A stretch of DNA of 64,000 nucleotides. Origin: Myxococcota bacterium (GTDB lineage: Bacteria; Myxococcota_A; Polyangia; Nannocystales; Nannocystaceae). The position numbers were made by a program, and so were the translations under genes. The stretch spans positions 160,001-224,000 of the forward strand of contig JBCCHT010000009.1 of the NCBI GenBank assembly GCA_039028615.1, written 5' to 3'. Below are positions 9,954 through 19,733 of the stretch, one piece after another; within the stretch, counting starts at the first letter, position 1, and every line of letters begins with the position of its first letter. Below the pieces are notes generated by a model. The model saw nothing but the letters and a program-made list of their open reading frames with translations, did no database searches and was not told the origin of the DNA.

Positions 9954-10573
9954 TGCCCGACGACGCTGCCTTGCTCGCTCGCTGGTCGTCGGGAGACACG
10001 ACCGCGGCGCAGCAGCTCGTCCAGCGCTATTTCGACGGTCTGTACCGGTTCTTTCGCAACAAGGTGCAGGACGACATCGACGACCTGATCCACGACGTGT
10101 TGCTCGCGTGCCTCGAGCGTCGCGAGGAGCTGTCGCAGTGGCGGAGCTTCCGGGCCTACGTGTTCGCGATGGCGCGCCACCGCCTCTACGCCCGCTTCCG
10201 CGCCAACCTGCGCGAGGCCGAGATCTTCGATCCCGGGGTGACCTCGGTCGCCCGACTCACCCCGGGGATCAGCAGCGTGGCTGCGGCGGCCCAGCTCCAA
10301 CAGCGGCTGCTCGACGCGCTGCAGGCCATCCCGCTCGAGCTCCAGATCGCCCTGGAGCTGCGCTACTGGGAAGGGCTCACCGGACCCGAGCTCGCCGAGA
10401 CGCTGGGCATCCCCGAAGGCACCGTCCGCAGTCGAGTCCGGCGCGGCATCGAGGCCCTGCGCGAGCAATTCGAGGCCTCGGGTGAACCGGGCCTCGGCCG
10501 CCCCGACTTCGAGGCCTGGGCGGCTGAGCTCGCGGCGGCCAGCCCCGCCGCGCCGCCCTCCAAGGGGCCGTGA
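9953..10573 (+). CDS. ECF-type RNA polymerase sigma factor
   Basis: LVQRYFDGLYRFFRNK, SFRAYVFAMAR, region 4 ELRYWEGLTGPELAETLGIPEGTVRSRVRRG; TGATG overlap with the kinase stop. Confidence 0.93.
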   Translation: MPDDAALLARWSSGDTTAAQQLVQRYFDGLYRFFRNKVQDDIDDLIHDVLLACLERREELSQWRSFRAYVFAMARHRLYARFRANLREAEIFDPGVTSVARLTPGISSVAAAAQLQQRLLDALQAIPLELQIALELRYWEGLTGPELAETLGIPEGTVRSRVRRGIEALREQFEASGEPGLGRPDFEAWAAELAAASPAAPPSKGP

Positions 10574-10594
10574 CTCGAGACGAGTGGGGGCCCG

Positions 10595-11536
10595 CTACTC
10601 GGGAATCCCACAGTAGCCGATGTGCTCGGCACCCGGCGGCACCTCGCCTTCGGCGTACCAGGGGATGCACTCCTGGCCGCTGGACTGACCCTCGCACTGC
10701 GCGTCGGGATCGGCGTCGGTGAGGTCACAGAGGCTCGAGCAGCACAGCGCGCTCTCGCAGCCGGGCACGATGGCCGCGGGGGCGCAGAACAGGCCCGGGT
10801 TGCAGACGTTGATGTACTCGCACGCGTCCCCGTACTCGCCCTGCTCACCGCTGTAGTCGGGGTAGCACGCGAACTCGCCGTCCACGCCCGGGTAGCACGC
10901 CTCCAGCTCGGCCGGGCAATCTTGAAGGAGCGGATCGCACACGGGCAGGCAGAGGATCAGCACTCCGTCGGAGGTGATCGTGCAGGCCGTGCTCGCATCG
11001 GAGCAGGTCGGTGCCTCGGGGCTGCCCTCGCAGAACGCCACGCAGGTGCCCTGGTTGGTCTCGGGGTCGATGTTCCAGCACATCGATCCGACGCCGCAGT
11101 CGTCGACGCCGGAGAGCCCACCGCCCTCGGCGAGGCAGCCGTCGCCCGGCTGTCCCGGGTTGTCGGCCACGGGCACGCAGCGGGTCGCATTCCAGGCGAT
11201 GCCGCCGTCGGAGGCCCACGCCGTGCACTTTTCTCCATCGGGGCAGTCCTGGGTCCAGACGTCGCATTCCACCGTGCTGCCCACGTCGGGCTCGGCGATG
11301 AAGTCCGACGAGGTCATCCCGCTCTCGCCGTCGCCCGGAGTCGCTCCGGTTCCGTCGGCGCTGGCGTTGCCCGTGTCTGCACCGTCGCCCGCGCTCGGGC
11401 CCGTGTCTGCGCTGCCCGTGTCCGCTTCGGGTAGCGGGGTCGTGCCGCCCGTTTGGCGACCGTCGTTACCCGAGTCACAACCCGCGACGATCAGTACCGC
11501 CGCCCCCACGATGAACATCCCTTGCCTGATTCGCAT
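10595..11536 (-). CDS. cysteine-rich lipoprotein (myxobacterial disulfide-repeat type)
   Basis: GGAGGAGG RBS, lipobox VAGC, G/T/D-rich linker, CDVWTQDCPDGEKC and CDPLLQDC repeats. Confidence 0.8.
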   Translation of the reverse strand: MRIRQGMFIVGAAVLIVAGCDSGNDGRQTGGTTPLPEADTGSADTGPSAGDGADTGNASADGTGATPGDGESGMTSSDFIAEPDVGSTVECDVWTQDCPDGEKCTAWASDGGIAWNATRCVPVADNPGQPGDGCLAEGGGLSGVDDCGVGSMCWNIDPETNQGTCVAFCEGSPEAPTCSDASTACTITSDGVLILCLPVCDPLLQDCPAELEACYPGVDGEFACYPDYSGEQGEYGDACEYINVCNPGLFCAPAAIVPGCESALCCSSLCDLTDADPDAQCEGQSSGQECIPWYAEGEVPPGAEHIGYCGIPE

Positions 11537-11673
11537 CGATGGCTCCTCCTCCACTCGTTCCGGGCGGCGAAGAGTCGCGAGGCCGAGATTCGATCACGAC
11601 TATTTTCGTTTTTTTCGAGGCGCCCGCGATCGCACGGTGCAAGCCGTTGCGCAGGGCGACGCGGTGGAGGTCG

Positions 11674-13506
11674 TCAGGCGGCGGGAGAGGTGCCGCTGAC
11701 TTCGTCCCGGCGACGATGGCGAGCCGGCTTCGGGGCGTCGGGCTCCGCATCTTCGGGGGCGTTCGATCGCCCGGAGAGCGTCAGCCCGCCTTCGTGCGCG
11801 CTCGACCGAGCGGGGGCCGAGCCGCCCAGCGGAGCGCGCCCGTGCAGCGCTCGCGCCACCGTTTTCCGCAGCAGCGCGGTGGGAATGGGCTTGGTGAGCA
11901 CGGGCTGCCCGCACGACTCGGTGAAGCGAGCGGCGGCCTCGGTGAACGCCCCGCCGGTCATGAACACGAAGCGATCGACCAGCGCGGGATAGCGGGTCTG
12001 GACGTTGCCGTACAGGTCCATGCCCGTCATGTCCGGCATCATCAAATCGCAGAGCACCAGATCGAAGTGCGGGTCGTGGCCGAACAGCTCCAGCGTCTGG
12101 TGGCCGCTGTCGACGATGACCACGTCGTGCTGACGACGGAGGAGCCGGCCGATGGCGCTGCCTACCAGGGGGTCGTCGTCCACGAGCAGGATGCGGGCTC
12201 GACCCAGCACGGCGGGGTTGGAGTCGGGCTCTTCCGCCGCGGTCTCGGGCTTGGTCGCGGGCAGTCGCACCACGAACTCGGTGCCGAGCCCCATTCGTGT
12301 GCTGAAGTCGATCTCGCCCGCGAGCTCGTCGACGATGCGCTTGCAGACGGGAAGCCCCAGCCCCGTGCCGCCTCGGTTTTGCTTGGTGGTGTAAAAGGCC
12401 TCGAAGAGTCGCTCGCGATCCTCGGCGGGGATGCCCTGGCCCGTGTCCTTGATGCGGATGACCACCCGATCGCCCTCGAGGGTGGTGCGCACGTGGATGC
12501 GGTTGGCGGCAGCTTGCCCGGCGTCGATGGCCTGCGCGGCGTTGGTCAGCAAGTTGACGAAGAGCTGGATGAGGCGCCGCGGGTTGGCCCGCACGGTGGC
12601 GCGGGACTCGAGATCGGACTCGAGGCGCGCGTGGTGGCGGATCTCGTTGTAGGCCATGCGCATCGCCTCGCGTAGGGCGTCGTCGATGGAGGCGTCGGAA
12701 ATCTCGTCGGTGGGGCGCGTGACGGTGAGCAGGTCGGTGACGATCTGGCGGATCCTGTCGGCACCGGAGATGGCCTGCTCGAGCGCCTCGTCCACGGGGC
12801 GCCAGCGGCCCGCCTCGGGCAGCGAGTCGCGTAGATACTCGAGGTTCGAGGACACGTAGGTCAGCGGGTTGTTGATCTCGTGGCTGACCTCGGCTGCCAT
12901 GCGGCCCATGGTGGCGAGCTCCTCGGCTCGGGCACGCATTCGCTCGCTCACCGCCAGCTCGCGAGCGATGCGGGCTCGCTCGCGGACCTCGGCGAGCTCG
13001 CGCTCGCGCTCGCGTCGAAACAAGGTGCTGCCCGCGATGGCCAACGATCCGACCAGGGCCGTCTGCCCGATCCACTGCGAGTTCTCGGTGAACGAAAGGT
13101 CGGCATCGACGGCGAGCACGACGACGCCGCACAGCGCTGCCACCGAGCACGTCGTGGACACGAGGGGGTCGTTGGGCGAGACCACCAGGTACATCAGCGG
13201 CAGGGCCATCACCCAGACCATGCCGCTGGAGTTCACGCCGCCGGAGTCGAACGTCGCCACGGTCAACGCCGCCGCCGAGGCCACCCCGCTGAGCGCCGCG
13301 AGCCAGCGGTTGAGTCGACCGCGGCGACCGGACACCAACCCGGTGCCGACGAGCATGGCCGCCCAGATCGCGGACAGGAACGGGTCGACGCCGAACACGT
13401 GCTCGGGGTGGATGAGCCCGTGCACGAACACGACGACACCCGCGAACACGAACAACCACCGCCGTGGGTCGATGTCCCGGGTCTTCATGCCGAGGCTGCG
13501 CAGCAC
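11674..13506 (-). CDS. hybrid sensor histidine kinase/response regulator
   Basis: N-terminal TMs, H-box HEINNPL, NLLTNAAQA, DTGQGI, FYTTK, GTGLGL; receiver LLVDDD..CDLMMP..TKP. Confidence 0.93.
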   Translation of the reverse strand: MLRSLGMKTRDIDPRRWLFVFAGVVVFVHGLIHPEHVFGVDPFLSAIWAAMLVGTGLVSGRRGRLNRWLAALSGVASAAALTVATFDSGGVNSSGMVWVMALPLMYLVVSPNDPLVSTTCSVAALCGVVVLAVDADLSFTENSQWIGQTALVGSLAIAGSTLFRRERERELAEVRERARIARELAVSERMRARAEELATMGRMAAEVSHEINNPLTYVSSNLEYLRDSLPEAGRWRPVDEALEQAISGADRIRQIVTDLLTVTRPTDEISDASIDDALREAMRMAYNEIRHHARLESDLESRATVRANPRRLIQLFVNLLTNAAQAIDAGQAAANRIHVRTTLEGDRVVIRIKDTGQGIPAEDRERLFEAFYTTKQNRGGTGLGLPVCKRIVDELAGEIDFSTRMGLGTEFVVRLPATKPETAAEEPDSNPAVLGRARILLVDDDPLVGSAIGRLLRRQHDVVIVDSGHQTLELFGHDPHFDLVLCDLMMPDMTGMDLYGNVQTRYPALVDRFVFMTGGAFTEAAARFTESCGQPVLTKPIPTALLRKTVARALHGRAPLGGSAPARSSAHEGGLTLSGRSNAPEDAEPDAPKPARHRRRDEVSGTSPAA

Positions 13507-13694
13507 GTGATCGGGATAGTACTAGATTGTGAAACTTGAGTATTTCCCATTACGGGAAAATTGGGATCTAATGCTCGGGAGCGAGAGCGCTCGTTTTCGC
13601 TCTTGACCGCTGAACAGCAGCTGACGCCATCGATCAGGAGGCTGCGTGGCTCCGGCTTGTCCGGCCGAAACAGCCACAACATACTCGAGAGCGG

Positions 13695-15317
13695 ATGGAA
13701 GGGTGCCGGCCATGGTGGTTGCTGTTGGGGGCAGTGTCGGCGTGTGGTGCCGACGGCAGCCCGCCGCATTTGGTCGATCCGGGGCCCCAGGTCGCGGTGG
13801 TCGCCGAGCCCCTGCAGCTGACGTTGCAGGCCGCCGACGCCGACGGTGATCCGCTCGAGTACACGTTCGGGTCGGCCACCATCGAGAACCTGGAGGACAA
13901 CGCCGAGCTGCTGGTCGTGCCCGATGGGTCGGGGCTGTTCACGTGGACTCCCGTCGCCGCCGATCTCGGAGCGCACTCGATCTTGTTCTCGGTGTCGGAC
14001 GGAGAGCACGAGACCGGTCGCACGGTGGCGATCGAGGTTCGTGGTGCGGTGGGGGAGGGCAGTGCCCCCGTGTTTCGCAAGCCGCTGGGCGAAGGACTCG
14101 TGCACGACCTGCTGGATGCTCCGTGCATCCCTCCCGTGGACATCGAGATCCACGACCCCGACGACACCGAGATCGATCTGCGATTGCTGCCGCCCTTCGT
14201 CGACGGGGTCGAGCTGACGGTGACGGACGGCGGCCGGGCGGGGCGTCTTTCGTGGTGCCCCGACGCGAGCCAGCGCGAGGCCGCGGGGCGCATCGATCTA
14301 GTGATGTCGGCGGACGACGGCGACAACCCTCCCACGCTGCGGCACTTCACCGTGCTGCTGGCCCGGGGTGAGGACTGTCCGTCTCAGCGGCCGCAGCTGA
14401 CCCACATGCCGGTCGACATGGAGACCCTGGCCGACCCGGTGATCGAGGTCGATGCGAGCGACGACCTCGGGTTGCTCGCGGCGCCCATCGTGTACTGGAG
14501 CACCGAGGCGGTCGAGCTCGAGGACATGGAGCCCCGCTTCATGGAGCTCGCTCAGGGCGATCTGCAAGGGGGGCGTTTCGTGGCTCGGCTGCCGAACCCC
14601 ACGATCGCGCTGGGAGCGGGTGCCAGCGCTCCGCTCTACTACCGGATCTCGGTCGGCGACGAGGACAGCTGCTTCGTGCACAGTCCCGCCGAAGGCGTGC
14701 ACGAGATCCAGATCGTCAATCCCGGCGGCGACGGAGCGTCGGCGTGCCAGCCTTGTTCTTGGGACGGGCAGTGTGGCGGTGCCGAGGACCTGTGCCTTCA
14801 GTTCGGGGTCGAGGACCGGGCGTGCGGTCGGGCCTGCGACGACTCGTCGGACTGCGGCGTGGGCTTTTCGTGTTCCCCCGAGCCGTTGACCTCGGTCGAG
14901 GGCGCGAGCGGGCGACAGTGCATCCCGGCGTCGGGGCAGTGCCCCGACCTCGCTTGCGAGGACGACGACCACGAGCCCGACGACACGCTGCGTCAGGCGC
15001 TGGGGCAACCCGCGCTCCCCGAGGGGCTGCTGCCCGGGCGACGTCTGTGTCCGCTCGACGAGGACTGGTATCGGATCGAGCTGTCGCAGTCGGCTCGCGT
15101 CCTCGCCCTCGGATCGGCATCGGCCGGCCCCGTGCTCGATCTCGGCCTGGTCGATGATGCAGGGCGGCTTCGAGCGAGCGCAGTCGACACGGAGGCCGGC
15201 GCGTCGATCGACAGCACCTGCGTTTCGGCGGGGAGCTACGCCCTACGGGTCTCCACCGGGGTGGGTGTTGCCGTCGACTATCAGCTGAGCTACGTGCTCG
15301 ATGTGGACGGGTGCTGA
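13695..15317 (+). CDS. secreted/lipoprotein with Ig/cadherin-like, Cys-rich and PPC-like domains
   Basis: Lipobox-like VSAC, ADADGDPL and FSVSDGE (cadherin/Ig-like), Cys-rich repeat, EPDDT...DEDWY...GSYALRV (PPC-like). Confidence 0.7.
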   Translation: MEGCRPWWLLLGAVSACGADGSPPHLVDPGPQVAVVAEPLQLTLQAADADGDPLEYTFGSATIENLEDNAELLVVPDGSGLFTWTPVAADLGAHSILFSVSDGEHETGRTVAIEVRGAVGEGSAPVFRKPLGEGLVHDLLDAPCIPPVDIEIHDPDDTEIDLRLLPPFVDGVELTVTDGGRAGRLSWCPDASQREAAGRIDLVMSADDGDNPPTLRHFTVLLARGEDCPSQRPQLTHMPVDMETLADPVIEVDASDDLGLLAAPIVYWSTEAVELEDMEPRFMELAQGDLQGGRFVARLPNPTIALGAGASAPLYYRISVGDEDSCFVHSPAEGVHEIQIVNPGGDGASACQPCSWDGQCGGAEDLCLQFGVEDRACGRACDDSSDCGVGFSCSPEPLTSVEGASGRQCIPASGQCPDLACEDDDHEPDDTLRQALGQPALPEGLLPGRRLCPLDEDWYRIELSQSARVLALGSASAGPVLDLGLVDDAGRLRASAVDTEAGASIDSTCVSAGSYALRVSTGVGVAVDYQLSYVLDVDGC

Positions 15318-15421
15318 CGGGGAGTGCAGAGCGCGGGTTCGGGCGCACATGGGAACACCCGTGTGACTTCCGTTCTCCCTTTTCATGTCACGCCAATGGT
15401 ATTTCAATGAGCACGTAGCCG

Positions 15422-16051
15422 ATGAGCCAACGTCGTTTCCCCAAACTGATACAGGACGCCATCGATCTCGCGCGGACGAAGCTGTGGGACCAGGTGCAGT
15501 GGCCCTCGCCCGAGGTGATGCATCGCCGCGGCGGGTGCTTCGAGGTCGCCGCGTACCTGCGTCAATGCTGGAGCGCCGACCAAACCAAGGACATCCTCAC
15601 CCGCTTCGGGGCCGACATTCATCCCGACGCGTGGCCGATGGGTCCGCACCTGACGCTGCACGAGTACGGCGAGACCTTCGCCAACCTCAGCGTGGGGGCC
15701 TACACCCACGTGGGGCGCGAGGTGTTCCTCGACCTGAGCGATCGGGTGATCATCGAAGACAGCGTGTCGCTCGGCATGCGCTCGATGGTCCTGACCCACC
15801 GCAACCTCGGCGAGTATCCCAACAAGCCGGCGGCCAAGCTCATCCCCAAGAAACGACGCCCCACCATCTTGCGGCGGGGGTGTTCGGTCGGGGCGGGCTG
15901 CGTGTTGCTATGCGGCGTGGAGATCGGTGAGCACGCGGTGGTCAACGCGGGCGTGGTGGTCGACCGCGACGTGCCGCCCCGCACCATCGTCACGAGCACG
16001 CGGCAGAAGGCCGACTATCAGATGCACGAGCGCTTCTTTCGGGACGTCTGA
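15422..16051 (+). CDS. hexapeptide-repeat acyltransferase
   Basis: SVGAGCVLLCGVEIGEHAVVNAGVVVDRDVPP left-handed beta-helix signature. Confidence 0.85.
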   Translation: MSQRRFPKLIQDAIDLARTKLWDQVQWPSPEVMHRRGGCFEVAAYLRQCWSADQTKDILTRFGADIHPDAWPMGPHLTLHEYGETFANLSVGAYTHVGREVFLDLSDRVIIEDSVSLGMRSMVLTHRNLGEYPNKPAAKLIPKKRRPTILRRGCSVGAGCVLLCGVEIGEHAVVNAGVVVDRDVPPRTIVTSTRQKADYQMHERFFRDV

Positions 16052-16061
16052 CCGACGCAAA

Positions 16062-16089
16062 GACGCCGGTCTCGAAGGAGACCGGCGTC
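16062..16089. terminator. hairpin between convergent genes (probable bidirectional terminator)
   Basis: GACGCCGGTCTC-GAAG-GAGACCGGCGTC, a 12-bp perfect stem. Confidence 0.7.
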
Positions 16090-16117
16090 CGTGTTTTCAC
16101 TCGGGTGACCGAGTCGC

Positions 16118-16993
16118 TTACGGCCAGATGAGGACGACCTTGCGGTCCTGGGCGCGCTCGGACTCGGTGCCGCCCGCACCCGCCTCGAGGCTGCCCTTGG
16201 CCAGCACGCGGAGCTGCTCGCCGGCCACGCCCTGGTCGATGAGGAAGGTGCGAACCGAGCCGCCGCGGCGCTCGGTGAGCATGATGTTGTACTCCTCGGT
16301 ACCCACCGCGTCGGCGTGCGCCTCGAGGATGACCTCCTGGCCTTGCTCGGCGATGCACGAGGCGGCCGCGGTGAGCTCCTCTTGGCTCTTCGGCGTCAGC
16401 TTGTCGCTGTCGAAGGCGAAGTAGACCGCGTCGAGGTTGCAGGGCCCGCCACCCACGGTGCCGCCGCCCGAGAAGATGCACATGCCCCCGTCGCAAATCT
16501 CGTCCATCGGGCACTGGTCGTCGGTGGTGCACTGACCCGCCGCGGCGCAGCGGCCCGTGTCGAAGTTGCAGGTGCTGGGCGAGCACTCGATGTCGTCGGT
16601 GCACATGCCACAGGCACCCGCGGTGCAGACGAGGCCACCGACACACTCGATGGTCTGGGCGCAGGGCGAGCCCATCTCGCCGGGGCCACCGTTGCCGCCC
16701 TGGCCCGCGGCTGCGGCCTCGGCCGGATCCATGCAGCGGAACTCGTGGCAGACCCAGGGGCTCGCGCCGGCCGGGGTCTTGTCGACGCACTCGGCGTCCG
16801 TCTTGCAGTTCTGGCAAGTGCCGTCGACGCAGGTCTCACCCAGCTCTTGCTTGCAGTGCTTGTCCTTCTTGCATTGGGGATAGGGCTTGCTCTTGCAGCC
16901 CGTACCGGGGAACAACAGCATCGCCGCCGCGAAGGCGGTGCCGAGCGACCAATGAAGGCGGGGGAGGGAAAAGGGGAGCGTGGTGTCGAGCAT
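16118..16993 (-). CDS. OmpA/Pal-domain lipoprotein with Cys-rich repeats
   Basis: Lipobox GTGC, repeated C-xx-D-xx-C units, C-terminal VYFAFDSDKL, HADAVGTEEYNIMLTERR, QDRKV. Confidence 0.85.
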   Translation of the reverse strand: MLDTTLPFSLPRLHWSLGTAFAAAMLLFPGTGCKSKPYPQCKKDKHCKQELGETCVDGTCQNCKTDAECVDKTPAGASPWVCHEFRCMDPAEAAAAGQGGNGGPGEMGSPCAQTIECVGGLVCTAGACGMCTDDIECSPSTCNFDTGRCAAAGQCTTDDQCPMDEICDGGMCIFSGGGTVGGGPCNLDAVYFAFDSDKLTPKSQEELTAAASCIAEQGQEVILEAHADAVGTEEYNIMLTERRGGSVRTFLIDQGVAGEQLRVLAKGSLEAGAGGTESERAQDRKVVLIWP

Positions 16994-17191
16994 GGATCTT
17001 GGTGGCCGGGGGTGTGAGCCAAAGAGTGCCCGACCCTCGCGCGCCCGTCGACGGTCGGCGGCGTCCCGTGATGCGAAATTTCTGGCGCAGGGCGTCCGAA
17101 ACGGGGAACCAGGCCGCTGGAGCGGTTTTTTTCCCGGGGTCGATGGACCCATTGGGGCGCTACGCCACGCCCCCTGATATCGTCCCTGGCC

Positions 17192-17698
17192 ATGCGGAAG
17201 TACAGGCAGGGCCTGACATTGGCTCTTGGTTGGCTCTTGGTCGGTTGTGGCGACGACGGGGGGTCGGTGGAGATGGGTAGCACCGGAATCGAAGCCAGCA
17301 GCAGCAGCGGAGAAGAACCCTTGCCCGAGGCACCCTTGGCCATCGGCGAGATCGACATCGCCACCGGGTGCGCGTTGGAGGGGGCGACCCGGGTGGAGCT
17401 GCATGCCACGCGAGTCGGCTGCGTGAACCCACCACCCGCGCCCTGCACCGTCACCGAGCCGCCGCGGTCCGATGCGGGCGAGGGCGTCGATTGCCCCGCG
17501 GCCGCGTCCGAGACGCTCTACGTCGAGATTCCCATGGCCGGCCGCTATCACTTCGAGGCGGTGACCTTGGCGGGCGAAGAAGAGCTGTCACGCGAGTGCT
17601 ACGGCCGCGACGGTGAGGCCGAAGTCCTGGTGACCGCCGACGAGATCGAACAAAACGTCATGGTCGCGGTCGAGTCGCTCGACGGCTCAGCCTGTTGA
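17192..17698 (+). CDS. hypothetical lipoprotein
   Basis: Signal peptide ending LLVGC; acidic body with several Cys. Confidence 0.65.
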   Translation: MRKYRQGLTLALGWLLVGCGDDGGSVEMGSTGIEASSSSGEEPLPEAPLAIGEIDIATGCALEGATRVELHATRVGCVNPPPAPCTVTEPPRSDAGEGVDCPAAASETLYVEIPMAGRYHFEAVTLAGEEELSRECYGRDGEAEVLVTADEIEQNVMVAVESLDGSAC

Positions 17699-18022
17699 GC
17701 TCGTGTCTTCCTGCGTGTGCAGGTCGTCTTCGGGACGCAGGGGCGACGGGCATAGCTGGTAGACGCTGTTGCGGGTCTGGACGTACAGGGACTTGTGCTC
17801 GCCCGCCTGCAGGATTCGCAAGATCCGGGTGGTGACGCGCGGCCGCCCCTGCGTGTCCACCAGCGTCATCGGTCGGCCTACTTTCGGTGGCCACAGTAGC
17901 CAGACGGTGCGCGGCGCAAACCGTCGGCGCTGCTGCCGGTTGGACTTCGTGCGCGTCCGCGTCGTCAGGTAGAAAGTCACGAGAACGAGAGGGCCTCGCT
18001 GTCGAAAGCGTGCACGGTTCAT
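17687..18022 (-). CDS. small basic hypothetical protein
   Basis: Compact beta-rich-looking ORF (LYVQTRNSVYQL) with GC3-biased codons. Confidence 0.5.
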   Translation of the reverse strand: MNRARFRQRGPLVLVTFYLTTRTRTKSNRQQRRRFAPRTVWLLWPPKVGRPMTLVDTQGRPRVTTRILRILQAGEHKSLYVQTRNSVYQLCPSPLRPEDDLHTQEDTSSTG

Positions 18023-18206
18023 GCCGAATTGCGCTCGCCCGAGCAGAGGTCATGCGTCGACGCCGAGCCCGCGGCTCGACTGCGAGTTTGGCCTGAGCGC
18101 CAGCGCACGATTTGCCGACGCCCGTACGAAATCGGGACTCTCGTAGGCCTCGGGCCGTCCCTGGGGCCAGGGGGCCGCTGCCTCGCGCCGTCACGGGCTC
18201 CTGCGT

Positions 18207-19604
18207 ATGATGCGGCTGCGCGTGAGAGCCGACGAACAGATGGCCCGCCGACGAACGGGCATCGTGGTGGCGGTGTTCTCGGCGGTGCTGTTCGTAGTGC
18301 TGTTCATCGTGGGGCAGGCCCGCGGCATGTTCACCCCCAAGGTGCAGGTCATCACTGATTTCGTGATGACCTCGGGGCTACGCGAAGGAAGCCCAGTGCA
18401 GCTGGCCGGGGTGGCGATTGGGCGGGTCAGCGGCATCGACTACGTCGACGTGCGCTATCGCTGCGACCCGGCGACCGAAGACATCGGTCGCTACGGCACG
18501 GGCCGCACCGACAATTGTGACAAGCGCCTGTTCTGCACGCCCTCGGCGGAGTGCGGCGAGCTCGAGCCCATGGCGGACGGCTTCGGCTACGGGCGCTGCG
18601 TCGACGATCGCGACTGCAGCGAAGACGAGATCTGCGTGACGACCGAGTTTCGCCGTCGCGAGCCCCGGGTGCTGTGGATGGGCCCGCACGGCGTCTGTGC
18701 GCGCTACAACACCTTGCACCATCGGGTGCGTGTCGAGATGACCCTCGAGTCGGAGCACCTCGAGCTCATTCGTCGCGACAGCCGGGCCTCGATCTCGGCC
18801 AACAGCGTGCTGGGCGATCAGCTCATCAACATCACGCCCGGCATCGGCGACGCGGTGGAGGAGGGCGAGCGCATCCTGTCCGACCCCTCGCTGGCCGAGG
18901 ACATCGACCTGTATCGCAAGCGACTCGAGCGGGCGATGGAGCAGGTCGACGAAGCCCTGGCGGCGGTCACCGGCTTGGTGGCGAACCTCGGCGACCGCCG
19001 CACGATCAAGGCCATCTCCGGGCTGGCGCGCAACTTGGAGCAGATCAGCGAGCAGGTGGCGGCCCAGCGGGGCCTCATCGGTGCGCTGATCGGCGAGCCC
19101 AAGTACAAGGTCGACTTCGGCGTCATCCTGCATGCGATCGGGCTGTCGGCGGGCGGCGTCGATCGCTTCGTCGGCAAGGGCAACTCGATCCTCGGCACCG
19201 TCGATCGCAACCTCGACCCGCTGCTGGCCGACGTCCAAGCCACCACCCACGTGCTGCGAGAGCTGCTCGAGGACCTGCGGGACCCGGCCAACCGCAGCGT
19301 GGTGGCCAAGCTCCTCGACGACCCCGACGGCGACATCGTGGCTGCGCTGGAGGGCATCGTGGCCCAGACGGCGGCGCTCACCGATGCCGTCTCCAGCCTG
19401 ACCACGGCCATCGACGACGAGAAGGGCACCATCGGCAAGCTGGTGGCCGACCCCAAGCTCGCCGCCGACCTCGGCCGCCTGCTCTCCAACCTCCGCGACA
19501 AAGAGGGGCTCACGCGCCTGTTGCTGTGGGCGGCCGAGCAAAAGGGCGTGGGGGTCAAGGCGTCGCGTAGCTCGGCGCGACCGAGCCGCGCCCGGACCCA
19601 GTGA
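18207..19604 (+). CDS. MlaD/MCE-domain protein with Cys-rich insertion
   Basis: N-terminal TM, SGLREGSPVQLAGVAIGRV, IRRDSRASI..SVLGDQLINITPG, helical tail with GTIGKLVADP. Confidence 0.88.
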   Translation: MMRLRVRADEQMARRRTGIVVAVFSAVLFVVLFIVGQARGMFTPKVQVITDFVMTSGLREGSPVQLAGVAIGRVSGIDYVDVRYRCDPATEDIGRYGTGRTDNCDKRLFCTPSAECGELEPMADGFGYGRCVDDRDCSEDEICVTTEFRRREPRVLWMGPHGVCARYNTLHHRVRVEMTLESEHLELIRRDSRASISANSVLGDQLINITPGIGDAVEEGERILSDPSLAEDIDLYRKRLERAMEQVDEALAAVTGLVANLGDRRTIKAISGLARNLEQISEQVAAQRGLIGALIGEPKYKVDFGVILHAIGLSAGGVDRFVGKGNSILGTVDRNLDPLLADVQATTHVLRELLEDLRDPANRSVVAKLLDDPDGDIVAALEGIVAQTAALTDAVSSLTTAIDDEKGTIGKLVADPKLAADLGRLLSNLRDKEGLTRLLLWAAEQKGVGVKASRSSARPSRARTQ

Positions 19605-19685
19605 CCGCCATGGCCGCGTCGAGGCGCGAGTGCGCGCGGTTGGGGGGGGCCGCCGTGAGATCGGCGCGCCAGGCACGGTTGTCGG

Positions 19686-19728
19686 ATACCCCTAGGGGGT
19701 ATATGGTTTGCATACCCCTGGGGGGTAT
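19686..19728. promoter_or_regulatory. tandem CsoR operator sites
   Basis: ATACCCCTAGGGGGTAT (19686-19702) and ATACCCCTGGGGGGTAT (19712-19728) match the C-tract/G-tract CsoR operator type, immediately upstream of csoR. Confidence 0.85.
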
Positions 19729-19733
19729 CCGTC

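Noticed and set aside
16994..17551. N-terminal extension of the OmpA ORF to 477 aa (likewise extensions of the RDD, SDR, DUF4255 and spike ORFs)
   Set aside because: The extensions overlap neighbouring genes or promoters; internal starts give proper signal peptides or domain boundaries.
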